This document shows, piece by piece, positions 27,155 to 39,545 of a DNA stretch of 64,000 bases; within the stretch, counting starts at the first letter, position 1; every line of letters starts with the position of its first letter. The DNA is from an uncultured Acidimicrobiaceae bacterium. GTDB taxonomy: Bacteria; Actinomycetota; Acidimicrobiia; Spongiisociales; UBA5794. The notes under the pieces are model-generated. The model was not told the origin of the DNA. It searched no databases and saw only the letters and a program-made list of their open reading frames with translations. A program made the position numbers and the translations under genes. Location of the stretch: contig CAMYKI010000002.1 of assembly GCA_947258985.1 (NCBI GenBank), positions 10,248-74,247 of the forward strand, read 5' to 3'.

Positions 27155-27859
27155 ATGCTGCAGGGTAGGACTGAACGTTCATCCATTGATGACGTAGTAG
27201 TTACAGGCGATGTGGCCGGCCAGCCGCATCTACACGTGGTTCCCGCGATTGCGCCGAGAGGCGCATATCAGCGGTTTGTGAAACCGACCATCGACCGTCT
27301 TGGGGGCATTGTGCTGTCGCTGTTGACGGCTCCCATCTTGATGGTGGTGATTCCGCTCATTTGGATCAAGCTGGGCCGGCCGGCGATCTTCAAGCAGAAG
27401 CGGATAGGCCTGGGTGGCAAGGATTTCACGGTCTTCAAATTGCGGACAATGCGACCGGATCGGCGTGCGAACGTCCTGCAGTGGGACGGGGTCGACCGTC
27501 GGGTCAATCACAAGTCACCCGATGATCCACGTCACGTACCGCTCGGGCGGTTCTTGCGCAAGTGGAGCCTCGACGAGCTGCCACAGTTCTGGAATGTCGC
27601 TCTTGGACACATGAGTCTCGTCGGACCGCGTCCCGAGTTGCCTGCGCTGGTTGACAAGTATGAGCCGTGGCAGCATCGCCGCCATGCGGTGAAGCCGGGA
27701 ATCACTGGTCTGTGGCAGGTGTCGGAGAGGGGCGATGTGCCGATGCATGAAGCCACCGATATCGACATCGAATATGTCGACACGGTCAGCCTTCGCATGG
27801 ACATGCGAGTCATGGTGATGACCATTCCGGCAGCGCTGGGCAGCAACAAAGGCCACTAG
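27155..27859 (+). CDS. Polyprenyl-phosphate sugar phosphotransferase (bacterial sugar transferase, EpsL/WbaP C-terminal domain type)
   Basis: Single TM then [18 protein letters not shown]...[24 protein letters not shown], hallmark of the bacterial sugar transferase family. Confidence 0.8.
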   Translation: MLQGRTERSSIDDVVVTGDVAGQPHLHVVPAIAPRGAYQRFVKPTIDRLGGIVLSLLTAPILMVVIPLIWIKLGRPAIFKQKRIGLGGKDFTVFKLRTMRPDRRANVLQWDGVDRRVNHKSPDDPRHVPLGRFLRKWSLDELPQFWNVALGHMSLVGPRPELPALVDKYEPWQHRRHAVKPGITGLWQVSERGDVPMHEATDIDIEYVDTVSLRMDMRVMVMTIPAALGSNKGH

Positions 27860-27900
27860 TCGGGCCTACCGACCGGGACCCCATTGATCATCTTGGGTTC

Positions 27901-28746
27901 TTGATTGAGGCGCGTGTATCGTTCCCGACTTCGGCAGCGCGGTCTGACGTTCGCCATAAGCCACCAGGAGGATTCGTGACCTTCCCCGACAAAGCACCCG
28001 TGGTCGGCATACCGATTTCGGTCACCTCGTATGACGAGGTGCTGGACGCGCTCTCGAACCGGCCCGAGGACAGAGCGACCATCGTTGCCGTGTGCAACGT
28101 TCACTCGGTCATGTCGGCGCGTCGCGAAACCGCGCTTGCGGAGGCGATAGGCGCCGCGGAGATCGCGACTCCCGACGGCGTACCGATTGTCTGGGGTCTC
28201 CGCGCCCTTGTCCGTCGTGACCAGGAAAGGGTGTATGGGCCCGAACTCATGCGGAGAGCGATGGTCGAGTCGGATCGCCTCGGATGGGCCCACTACCTCT
28301 ACGGGAGCACTCCAGAGACACTGCAGCAGCTTCAGGAAGCGATCGCCGAGATTGCCCCCGAGGCAAACATTGTCGGGTCGTTCTCGCCACCATTCCGACC
28401 GATGGATGAGGCGGAGACCGATGAGTCGCTCGAAGCCATCAGGAACAGCGGAGCCGACGTTGTTTGGGTGGGACTGGGCATGCCAAAGCAAGAGCTTTGG
28501 ATGGACAGTATCCGCGAGGACCTTCCGGGCGTTGCGATGCTCGGAGTGGGCGCTGCATTTGACTTCCTCGCTGGTACCAAGAAGCAAGCGCCAGCATGGA
28601 TGCAGAAGGCAGGGCTCGAGTGGCTTTTCCGGCTTATCCAGGAGCCGCGCCGACTGTGGCGAAGATACGTCTGGAACAACCCTGCCTACGCCGTTCTACT
28701 GCTCATGCAGGTAATGCGCAGCAAGCTCCGCCGCCCCAGTTCCTAG
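27901..28746 (+). CDS. WecB/TagA/CpsF family glycosyltransferase (GT26; N-acetylmannosaminyl-transferase-like linkage-unit enzyme)
   Basis: VVGIPISVTSYDEVLDAL...IVAVCNVHSVM...GVGAAFDFLAGTKKQAP, typical of GT26. The true start is probably an internal GTG near 27976. Confidence 0.75.
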   Translation: MIEARVSFPTSAARSDVRHKPPGGFVTFPDKAPVVGIPISVTSYDEVLDALSNRPEDRATIVAVCNVHSVMSARRETALAEAIGAAEIATPDGVPIVWGLRALVRRDQERVYGPELMRRAMVESDRLGWAHYLYGSTPETLQQLQEAIAEIAPEANIVGSFSPPFRPMDEAETDESLEAIRNSGADVVWVGLGMPKQELWMDSIREDLPGVAMLGVGAAFDFLAGTKKQAPAWMQKAGLEWLFRLIQEPRRLWRRYVWNNPAYAVLLLMQVMRSKLRRPSS

Positions 28747-28864
28747 AGGACTCGTTCTGGGCTAGGAGCCTGCTGAGCAATGTCAGTTTGGTCTCGCAGC
28801 AGCGTCTGTGACGGGGCGTTTTTCGTGGCCGTGCGAGTCCACACGCCATTTGCCCAGCAGTCTC

Positions 28865-30574
28865 TTAGTCATCGTGGCCGTAGGACTGCCACTCCGACCA
28901 GGAGATCTTCTTGTTCATCCACCACCACCCAACGTCGCCGGTGTAGGTGTTGCCCTCGTAGCGGATGTTTGAGGAGTAGATGCTGTTGTTGCCGACATCT
29001 TGAGCGGCGCCTGAGAGGCCACTGTCGATGATGGTGTTGTCGTGGACGTAATTGTTTTTGAGCGTCCACTCGCCGTAGTCCCCGGACCCGCGGCTCTGCC
29101 GGGTCATGCTGATGCCGTTGAAGTTGCCTTCGATGACGTTGCCGTAAACCTCGACGTTCTGTGACGTCGCAATCATGATGCCGCCACCCCACATCCACGC
29201 GTCGTGGTCAAAGCCATTGCGGCGGATCACATTGTTCCGAATTATTGCGTCGTAGCTGATCTCATGGAAGATCCCATTTGCGTAGTTGTCCTCGATGAGA
29301 TTGTCCTCGTACACAGTCCCGATGTTGTCGTGGTCGGTCCAGATTCCCGGGCCATGGTTGTGATGGGACCAGTTGCCGCGGATAACGAGGTCGGTGGTAT
29401 CCCACATCTTGCCGCCGCCGGCCTCGATGCCCCAGTTCCACTTGTCCTCATAGTTGTTGTAGGCAATCTCGTTGTCTTCGAGCAGGCCGCCATCGGTGTA
29501 GCGCACGCTCAGGCCGGATCGACCGTTGTGGTGAATGTTGTTGCCGCGTACGACCGGGTCACCCTTCTCCAGGTAGATGCCGGCGACGCGGTTGTGGTGG
29601 ATTTCGCACGACTCGATCAGCCAGTCACCGCCCAGACCGACAACGGCGCCACGCCATTGGTTCCCGGTGCTGTAGTTGCGGATCTCGAGGTTGGTGATCG
29701 AAACGCCCTTGGCCCCGGAACTGAATGCGTACGACACCGCATTGTCGCCATCCATGACTGCGCCCGAGTCACCAATGAATGCCTGATAATCCTTCGGACT
29801 GACGCTCTGGCGATGGTGCTCGCCGTGGATCATGAAGACGGTACCCGCCGGGTTGGAGGAGGCGATGCTTCCGATGTTGTCGCCGGGGTAAATGTGAACG
29901 TCGACATCGGTGGTGTCTACCCGCACCGGGGGTTCAATTGGCCTGAGGCCTTCCGCGCGTCCGAGGAAAGAGGCCATGGCGTCGCGGCGCACCGGCTGGC
30001 CCGGGCAGTAGCGATCGTTCGTCGGCGGATTGCACCCGAGAGTGATTCCGCTGGCGCGGAGCTTCTCGATCTCGTCCTCGAATATCGAACTGTTGTCGTC
30101 GCTGAACGGGTCGCCGGAAGTGGACCCGCCCAGGCCATACGCTCGAACCAGGAAGGCGGCCATCTGCCCTCGGCTCACGATATCGCCGGGGCAGTACCTG
30201 TTGTTGGCTGGTGGGTTACATCCCCCCGTGATGCCCGCGGCGGCCAGACTATTGATGGAATCCTCAAATACCGAGGTGTTGTCATCGTTGAACCAGTCCT
30301 GGCTCCCTGCCGCCGGGAGGTCCAGCGTCCTCACGAGAAACGCCGCCATCTCGCCGCGAGTGACGTTGCGGTCCGGGCAGTAGTGGTCGTTCAACGGGGG
30401 GTTGCAGCCGGCGGTGATGCCTTCCGCCGCAATGGCTTCGATATAGCCCTCGTGGATGTTGGAATCGTCATCGACAAATGTTCCTCCGGGAGGAAGAGCA
30501 CTGGCCGCGGCGGCGGGAATGAGCATCGCGAGAGTGATTCCGAGAACGGCGAGAGGGCGTGCAAGAGTGGACAT
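28865..30574 (-). CDS. Secreted protein: N-terminal triple SLH-like module + right-handed beta-helix (polysaccharide lyase/hydrolase-like) domain
   Basis: Signal peptide MSTLARPLAVLGITLAMLIPAAAASA; three SLH-like repeats (GITAGCNPPLNDHYCP...VTRGEMAAFLVRTL); beta-helix domain paralogous to CDS 25215-26837. Confidence 0.7.
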   Translation of the reverse strand: MSTLARPLAVLGITLAMLIPAAAASALPPGGTFVDDDSNIHEGYIEAIAAEGITAGCNPPLNDHYCPDRNVTRGEMAAFLVRTLDLPAAGSQDWFNDDNTSVFEDSINSLAAAGITGGCNPPANNRYCPGDIVSRGQMAAFLVRAYGLGGSTSGDPFSDDNSSIFEDEIEKLRASGITLGCNPPTNDRYCPGQPVRRDAMASFLGRAEGLRPIEPPVRVDTTDVDVHIYPGDNIGSIASSNPAGTVFMIHGEHHRQSVSPKDYQAFIGDSGAVMDGDNAVSYAFSSGAKGVSITNLEIRNYSTGNQWRGAVVGLGGDWLIESCEIHHNRVAGIYLEKGDPVVRGNNIHHNGRSGLSVRYTDGGLLEDNEIAYNNYEDKWNWGIEAGGGKMWDTTDLVIRGNWSHHNHGPGIWTDHDNIGTVYEDNLIEDNYANGIFHEISYDAIIRNNVIRRNGFDHDAWMWGGGIMIATSQNVEVYGNVIEGNFNGISMTRQSRGSGDYGEWTLKNNYVHDNTIIDSGLSGAAQDVGNNSIYSSNIRYEGNTYTGDVGWWWMNKKISWSEWQSYGHDD

Positions 30575-30674
30575 AATGTGGGCGACCCTACCCGACCCCG
30601 GGTGTTACCCGAACTAAGAAAACGATAAGAATTATTGATTCGACTGACTAGTCATTCGCCCGGTGGCGCAGGAC

Positions 30675-32183
30675 TTACCAGGTAGCAGAGCGCCCATTCC
30701 GGGGGAGCAGGCCACGGCCCATGCCCTCGTAAACCAGGCCGGCCTCACGAACCCGCTTTGCGTCAAACGCATTGCGCCCGTCCACGATGAGGTCGCCTCG
30801 CATCCGTGCTGCGACGTCGTCGAAATCCAGGTCCCGCAACTCGTCCCACTCGGTGAGAAGTACGACGGCATCGGCTCGATCAACCAACGAGTATGCATCG
30901 GTTGCTGTTTGCAGGTTGGGAAGCTCTGGAATCTGCTTCACCAGTGGGTCATAGGCCCGGACGATGGCACCCTTTTCGAGTAGTTCGCGGGCGACGGTGA
31001 TCGCCGGCGCATCTCTCGTGTCATCTGTGTTGGGCTTGAAGGCCAGGCCCAACAGGGCCACGCGGCTGCCCCGCAGGGGACGCAGGTGCTGCTGCAGTTT
31101 CCGGACGAGCCGTCTCCTCTGATGCAGATTGACCTGTTGCGCTGCCTCGAGGATCAGCGGTTCCTGACCGTGGGCGCGGGCCGTCGCCGCCAGCGCCTCG
31201 ACGTCTTTGCCGAAACACGATCCACCCCAACCAACGCCGGCTTGGAGGAACTTGGACGAGATCCGCGAATCGAGGCCGATGGCGTGAGCTACCTCGTCGA
31301 CGTCGGCGTCGACCCATTCGCAAATCTCGGCGATCTCGTTGATGAAGCTGATCTTGGTCGCGAGGAACGCATTGGCCGCATACTTGATCGTTTCAGCTGT
31401 AGACCGGTCGGTCGTTACCAGAGCGGGCCGTCGATCCGGTGCTCCGCCGGGGAACGTCTGGTCGAGAATCGGGCCGTAGGTCGAGGCAACGGTTCTCACC
31501 GCGTCGGCGTTGTCGCCACCGAGGACTATCCGTTCCGGATGCAGGAAGTCGTTGACCGCGCTGCCCTCACGGAGAAACTCCGGGTTGCTGACGACGCTGA
31601 ACACATCTGGTTCGACGACGTCGGGGAGCACGGCCTCGATTGTCGACGTCAGCCAGTTGCCGCTGCCGACCGGGACGGTGCTCTTAGTGACGATGACGTG
31701 AGGGGAGTGCATCGCCTTTCCGATTGACTTGGCCGCGGCAGTGACGCTGGTCACGTCAGGGTGCCCGTTCGGGCCGGGCGGTGTGTCGACGCAGAGAAAG
31801 ACCACATTGGACTTGCCCATCGCCTCGTCAAAATCGTCCGTGAAAGTGAGGCGTCCGGCCTCGATACCGGCACGAAGACGTTCATCGAGTCCTGGTTCGA
31901 AGAAGTAGGAAGACCCGCTCTGCAGCTTCGCCAGCTTCTCCTGATTGATCTCGACACCGATCACATCGTGGCCGATTGCCGCCATGCAGGCCGCCACCAC
32001 GGTCCCAACGTATCCGCTGCCGATAACGGCAATGCCGGAATCTCTGTTGTCGTTCACCCTATACCCCCGTATATTCCCGACCTGGCCATTCCGCGGATCG
32101 TTCTCCGCGGACCATTTCCATGTCACGCTGAGTATACGTCCGGGAACGCTTAGTGAGCTTTCGTTTCCCCCAACGAAACCCAA
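30675..32183 (-). CDS. Nucleotide-sugar dehydrogenase (UDP-glucose / UDP-ManNAc dehydrogenase family)
   Basis: IAVIGSGYVGTVVAA Rossmann motif, catalytic Cys region GGSCFGKD, C-terminal GLAFKPNTDDTRDAPA. The annotated ORF has an unlikely ~40-aa N-terminal extension, so the real start is probably internal. Confidence 0.75.
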   Translation of the reverse strand: MGFVGGNESSLSVPGRILSVTWKWSAENDPRNGQVGNIRGYRVNDNRDSGIAVIGSGYVGTVVAACMAAIGHDVIGVEINQEKLAKLQSGSSYFFEPGLDERLRAGIEAGRLTFTDDFDEAMGKSNVVFLCVDTPPGPNGHPDVTSVTAAAKSIGKAMHSPHVIVTKSTVPVGSGNWLTSTIEAVLPDVVEPDVFSVVSNPEFLREGSAVNDFLHPERIVLGGDNADAVRTVASTYGPILDQTFPGGAPDRRPALVTTDRSTAETIKYAANAFLATKISFINEIAEICEWVDADVDEVAHAIGLDSRISSKFLQAGVGWGGSCFGKDVEALAATARAHGQEPLILEAAQQVNLHQRRRLVRKLQQHLRPLRGSRVALLGLAFKPNTDDTRDAPAITVARELLEKGAIVRAYDPLVKQIPELPNLQTATDAYSLVDRADAVVLLTEWDELRDLDFDDVAARMRGDLIVDGRNAFDAKRVREAGLVYEGMGRGLLPRNGRSATW

Positions 32184-32380
32184 CCTGGGTCATGATCTAG
32201 CCCAATCGGCGGGATCGCTGACGAGTAGGATTGTAGGGCAAAGCACCGGCGGCCCGCTACGCCGGATCTAACTCGGTATCGACTACCGGAGATCCCGGTA
32301 AATCGCTCGACGGCTATCGTGCGGGACCGCGCTGCTGATGGGCGTAGATCGCGGGTAGGACAAGCGGTTGATAGTCAAGG

Positions 32381-34213
32381 TTGCTGATGGATAGAACACC
32401 GATATACGATGCTCAAGAAGAGCTCGAGCCGACCGTTGCCGGGGCCGCCTGGCAGTACCGGTGGCTCGTCCTGCTTCTGGCGGTCGCTTTTGCCGGCTTG
32501 GCCTATCTATACGCCAGCCGAGCGGAGTCGTGGACTTCGACGGCCTCCATTGCGGTCGAAGACCCTCGCGTGTCAAACCTCTTCACCGTGGGGTACGACG
32601 CGACGCCAGAACGGTACGTTCGCAGCCAGGCCGAGATCGTGTCGTCCCGGGCGGTTGCAGGCCGCGCCGTCGAGATTGCGGCAGCCGCGGACCCGTCGGT
32701 GGATGTGACAGTCAACTACATCGTTGAAGAAGGGCTCTCGGTCAACTCCGGCGGTGACAGCGATCTGATCACCCTGACCTATGAGGACATTACGGAATAC
32801 CGTGCCATCACGGTGGTCAATGCCGTCGCGACCGCGTACCAGGAGGTTGGCAGAGAGGCTGCCATCACCGAGTTCGATAGCGCGATTCTCGAACTCGAGA
32901 CCTCCATTGCTTCTCTCACCTCGGAACTGCTCGGCGTTCAGGATGAAATTCGCCGACTGCGCACCAGTGATGCCAATCGTCTTGCTCTCGAGGACCAGCT
33001 CGACTCGGCCATAGCCCGTCTGCTCGTGTTTCAGCCCAGCCGGGCGTCGGCGGACATCCTCGCGGTGAATGAGAGCTCCGCCCGCTTGAACGAAATGCGG
33101 CTCGAAATCGACACCATCCAGGCAGCCCTTGCCCGGCAGAACACGAACGTCGAGCTGCAGGCGTTGGAGAACCTCCAGGCCGACATCCGGCAGCGTCTTG
33201 TGGGGTTGCAGCTGGTTCGAGATCAGCGTGAAGTAGACGCCCAGTTGTCGCTGAGCGGAGTCGTCTTCTCCGACCCGGCCGACAAGGCTGTGCCGGGCTC
33301 TGTTGGTGTTCTGGTGCTGGGCGGATTCCTCTTCGGCGCAATCGTTGGTTCGGCGATTGCTCTTCCACTTTCCAGAGGGCGTCGTCGATTCGGTTCTCGC
33401 GGCGAACCCGAGAAGCTGCTTGGGATCCCGCTCGTCGCGGATGTGCCAAGTTTCCTCGACGAACGATTGACTACCAATCTCCCGGTTGTCGAAGCACCGG
33501 CGAGCGCTTCCGCCGAGTCGTATAGATTTGTGTCGGCGGCTGTCGCTCTCCAGCAGGATCGGTTGTTCGGTGAGCAGGATGCTGCGGTGTTCACGACGGT
33601 CGTGTTCACGTCCCCGGCGGTATCCGCCGGCAAGACGACTGCTGTGGCGAACACCGCTTTTGCTGCCGCCCTCGGGGGAAAGCGTGTGCTCGTTATCGAC
33701 GCCGACTTCTCCAGCCAGAGCCTCACCACGATGCTCGTGGACTCGCAAGTCCCCGAGCTTGGTCTGGCCGACGTCATCCAGGGCGCTGCCTCGCTCGGGG
33801 AAGCGGTTGTCAGTGTTGACCTCGAGGCGTCGGGCTCTTTGGATCTTCTTTCTTCCGGCACATCCGCGGTGTCGGCCGCCGATCTTCTGTCGCTCCCTGC
33901 GACCGGAGGGTTGTTCGGAGGGCTCTCGCATCACTACGACCTGGTGCTGATCGACTCGCCTCCGGTCTCAACAGTGGCCTACGCGACGACCCTGGTTCGG
34001 TTGGCCGAACGTGTGGTCGTCGTCTTCGCCCACGGCCAAGAGTTGCAGAGCGCTCAGGAGCTGCGACGTCAACTCGATACCATCGCGACTCCGGTCCTCG
34101 GCTATGTATACAACTTCGCCCCCCTCCGGGTTGAGATGACCCTCGCAGTGGGCTCTGCCAGCGACTACCGGCGCCGTGCATCCGAGTCGGAATCGACCTC
34201 CGCTGACAACTAG
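32381..34213 (+). CDS. Polysaccharide co-polymerase (Wzz-like) + BY-kinase/MinD-like ATPase domain (second copy)
   Basis: Paralogue of CDS 9624-11396: same architecture, Walker A SPAVSAGKTT, A' VLVIDADF, B DLVLIDSPP; a single Tyr in the C-terminal tail. Confidence 0.7.
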   Translation: MLMDRTPIYDAQEELEPTVAGAAWQYRWLVLLLAVAFAGLAYLYASRAESWTSTASIAVEDPRVSNLFTVGYDATPERYVRSQAEIVSSRAVAGRAVEIAAAADPSVDVTVNYIVEEGLSVNSGGDSDLITLTYEDITEYRAITVVNAVATAYQEVGREAAITEFDSAILELETSIASLTSELLGVQDEIRRLRTSDANRLALEDQLDSAIARLLVFQPSRASADILAVNESSARLNEMRLEIDTIQAALARQNTNVELQALENLQADIRQRLVGLQLVRDQREVDAQLSLSGVVFSDPADKAVPGSVGVLVLGGFLFGAIVGSAIALPLSRGRRRFGSRGEPEKLLGIPLVADVPSFLDERLTTNLPVVEAPASASAESYRFVSAAVALQQDRLFGEQDAAVFTTVVFTSPAVSAGKTTAVANTAFAAALGGKRVLVIDADFSSQSLTTMLVDSQVPELGLADVIQGAASLGEAVVSVDLEASGSLDLLSSGTSAVSAADLLSLPATGGLFGGLSHHYDLVLIDSPPVSTVAYATTLVRLAERVVVVFAHGQELQSAQELRRQLDTIATPVLGYVYNFAPLRVEMTLAVGSASDYRRRASESESTSADN

Positions 34214-34287
34214 GGACGGTTGGTACGATTCGCCTCCAACGGACCTACCCTTGACCAGTCGACGAATCGATCTACCCGCGAGGAGCC

Positions 34288-35679
<1,392 letters not shown>

Positions 35680-35813
35680 GCTGACGGCCGGGTGCCCGGG
35701 ACGTCGGCACTGAGTTCGCGGCGCTAACACGGCCCCCGCCGGCTTCTTGCGTACGGTGCTCCGGCATGCCGAAGTGGTGTCCGCCAGAACGTGGTCTGAG
35801 GTTCGCTCGCCGA

Positions 35814-36751
35814 CTACCCCCGAGAGTGATCCTCCCACCAGGTGATTGTCTTGGCGAGGCCCTCTTCGAGGGTGGTAGCCGCTTCGAACTCAAACAGCTT
35901 GGCGGCCCGGGACGTGTCCAGCTTGCGGCGCGGTTGACCGTCGGGCTTCGATGTATCCCACCGCACCCGTCCTTCGTATCCGGTCAGCTTGGCTATCAAC
36001 TCGACGAGGTCCCTGATGGCGATTTCGTGGCTGGTGCCGACGTTCACCGGTTGATCCCCGTCATAGGCCTCGGTGGCCATCAGGATGGCCCGGGCCGCAT
36101 CCTCGACGTACAAGAACTCTCGCGACGCCGAACCGGTGCCCCAGGCAACGACCTCGGGGGAGCGCTCGTCTCGTGCCGTGATGAACTTCCGAATCAGTGC
36201 CGGAATGACGTGCGAACTCTCGAGGTCGAAATTGTCGCGCGGACCGTACAGGTTGACCGGGAGCAAGTAGATGCCGTTCAGGTCGTATTGCTGTCGGTAC
36301 GCCTGCAGCATCACCAGCAGGCTCTTCTTGGCCACCCCGTATGGGGCGTTGGTCTCCTCCGGGTATCCGTTCCAGAGATCCTCTTCGCGGAAGGGCACTG
36401 GAGCGAACTTGGGATAGGCGCACACCGTGCCCACCTGCACGAATTTTTCGATCCTCTGCCGCCGCGCTTCCTCGATGAGGTGCAACCCCATGGCCATATT
36501 GGCGTAGAAGTACCTGCCGGGGTTGGCACGATTGGCGCCGATGCCCCCGACTTCCGCCGCCAGATGAATCACCATGTCTGGCTTGGAGTCTGCATAGAGC
36601 TGCCGAACCGCTTCCTGCTCGGTCAGGTCGTAGTCGACGCTTCGGGGGATGATGAGGTCTCCGGCACCTGCATCCGTCAGCTGCTCACACAGAAAGGAAC
36701 CGAGGAATCCGGCTCCGCCGGTTACGACGATGCGCTTGTCACCGAGGGAGG

Positions 36752-36755
<4 letters not shown>
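35814..36755 (-). CDS. fcl: GDP-L-fucose synthase (GDP-4-keto-6-deoxy-D-mannose 3,5-epimerase/4-reductase)
   Basis: [14 protein letters not shown] Rossmann motif; YxxxK (PYGVAKK); conserved NLYGPRDNF...[11 protein letters not shown]. Start reassigned to TTG at 36753-36755, which overlaps the gmd stop (TTGA); the annotated ORF extends to 36884. Confidence 0.75.
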
Positions 36756-37792
<1,037 letters not shown>

Positions 37793-37956
37793 GACATTAT
37801 CTCCTGTTCCATACCGAGCGCGTCAAAGCGCTGTCAGCTGATCGTCTCCTGGCCCTCACGCCGCATGACACGGCGAAGGAGTGGCCACCGAATCTAGTCC
37901 CGGCCCCCTGCTTCGGGTAGCGAAATGAACCACGCTGGCTCATGAGCCGGGCTGCT

Positions 37957-38844
37957 TCACTCATCGAGGTCGTCGACCGTCTTGGGCCAGTCGTCCTTGA
38001 GCAGACGGCTCAAAGAACGGTCGGCGAGGATCTTCCCCCCGGTCTGGCATCCGGGGCAATAATTGGTCTCTCGGGACGCATAGACGATGCGCTGCACCGT
38101 GGTGCCACAGACGGGACATGGCTCGCCGTACTTGCCGTGTACGGCCATGCCGGGATGAAACGCAGTCACCTTCTCCGGGAAGCCGTCGCCCGTGTCCTGT
38201 CGACGAATGACTATCCACTCCTCGAGGGTGTCCCTGCATGCCTCAAAGAGAATCGCTATTTCCTCAGGGGAAAGGTTGGAGTTCATCTGCATCGGGGAAA
38301 GGCGTGCCCGATGCAGGATCTCGTCGGCAAAAGCTCCGCCGATCCCGGAGATACGTCGGGCGTCGGTCAGGGCCCGTTTCAGCGTATGTCGCTCCGCCGT
38401 CAGGGCCTGCGAGAAGTCGTCGAGTGATGCCGTGGTCAATTCGATCCCGCCGGGGTCCAGGTCACGCAGCCCCTCTTCGCCCGACACCACGTTTAGCGAA
38501 GCTCTTCGTTTCGAACCTGCTTCCGTGAGGATCACCGTCCCGGGTGCGAAATCGAAAGCGGCCAAACCGACCCTGCCGGGGATCTTCTTCCGCTCTTCGT
38601 GCCAATGGAGCCTGCCGGCGACCATCAGGTGCAGCACCAGAAAGAGGTGCCCTTCCAGCTCGAAGACGATTCGCTTGCCCATCCGGCCTAACGAAACCAG
38701 CTTCTTGCCGAAGGCTTCTTCGAGAGGCGGGTCGAAGGTTCGCAGCAAGGAGAAGGACCGTATGCGGACTTCTTCCAGGACGGTTCCACCGATCCGCTTG
38801 TCGAGCGCCTCGATGTAGGTGACGATCTCGGGTAGTTCAGGCAT
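37957..38844 (-). CDS. Formamidopyrimidine-DNA glycosylase / endonuclease VIII family (Fpg/Nei)
   Basis: N-terminal MPELPEI (catalytic Pro2/Glu3), H2TH region, C-terminal zinc finger CPVCG...CPGCQ. Confidence 0.8.
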   Translation of the reverse strand: MPELPEIVTYIEALDKRIGGTVLEEVRIRSFSLLRTFDPPLEEAFGKKLVSLGRMGKRIVFELEGHLFLVLHLMVAGRLHWHEERKKIPGRVGLAAFDFAPGTVILTEAGSKRRASLNVVSGEEGLRDLDPGGIELTTASLDDFSQALTAERHTLKRALTDARRISGIGGAFADEILHRARLSPMQMNSNLSPEEIAILFEACRDTLEEWIVIRRQDTGDGFPEKVTAFHPGMAVHGKYGEPCPVCGTTVQRIVYASRETNYCPGCQTGGKILADRSLSRLLKDDWPKTVDDLDE

Positions 38845-39545
38845 TAGCGGAACAGGTCTTCATCGGCCGGCCGGACGAGATCGGTTGCTCGCCCTAATCC
38901 GGGTGTCCAGTCGACACCGCGCACAATTGCTGCCGGGATCTGTGCTGATTTGCCCATGGCCAGATCGGCTGCGGCGGCAACCTCGTCAACGATCGCTATC
39001 TCTGTGGCTTCCATGATCCGGCCGTTGGCATCGGCCCTTCCCTTGTGATCGTCGATCGAGGCGATACCAGAAACCCCGATGGCTACGTCGGTCTGGCCGC
39101 GCCGCCAGGGGCGACCGAACGTATCGCTGATGACAACCGGTACATCGAGAGATGTCGCTTGCTTGATCTTCATCCTGATGCTGTGGGCGGAGCGGTCCGG
39201 ATCTATCGGAAGCAGCACCGCGCGGCCATCGGTGACGTTGGAGCGGTCCACTCCGGCGTTGGCGCAGATGAAACCGTGACGGGTTTGGGTGATGATCAGG
39301 TCGCCACGCCGCCTGATGATGGCCCGGGCTTCCGCTTTCACCGCAGCTCGATATGCGGTCTCATCTTGGGCGTCGATGAACCGTCCTTCTGCCTTGGACA
39401 CGATCTTGTGGGTTACGACAAGGATGTCGCCCGGCTGCAGATCGATCTGCTCGTCCGCAAGCGCCCGCAGGACCAGCGCGGCGACATCGGACCCGCGTTC
39501 GACCTCGGGAATTCCGTGGATCGGGATGATCTCAATGGAGTTCAT
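38844..39545 (-). CDS. cofE: Coenzyme F420-0:L-glutamate ligase (CofE-like)
   Basis: 233 aa; MNSIEIIPIHGIPEV...GDILVVTHKIVSKAEGR, typical CofE N-terminus; adjacent to cofD. Confidence 0.65.
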   Translation of the reverse strand: MNSIEIIPIHGIPEVERGSDVAALVLRALADEQIDLQPGDILVVTHKIVSKAEGRFIDAQDETAYRAAVKAEARAIIRRRGDLIITQTRHGFICANAGVDRSNVTDGRAVLLPIDPDRSAHSIRMKIKQATSLDVPVVISDTFGRPWRRGQTDVAIGVSGIASIDDHKGRADANGRIMEATEIAIVDEVAAAADLAMGKSAQIPAAIVRGVDWTPGLGRATDLVRPADEDLFR

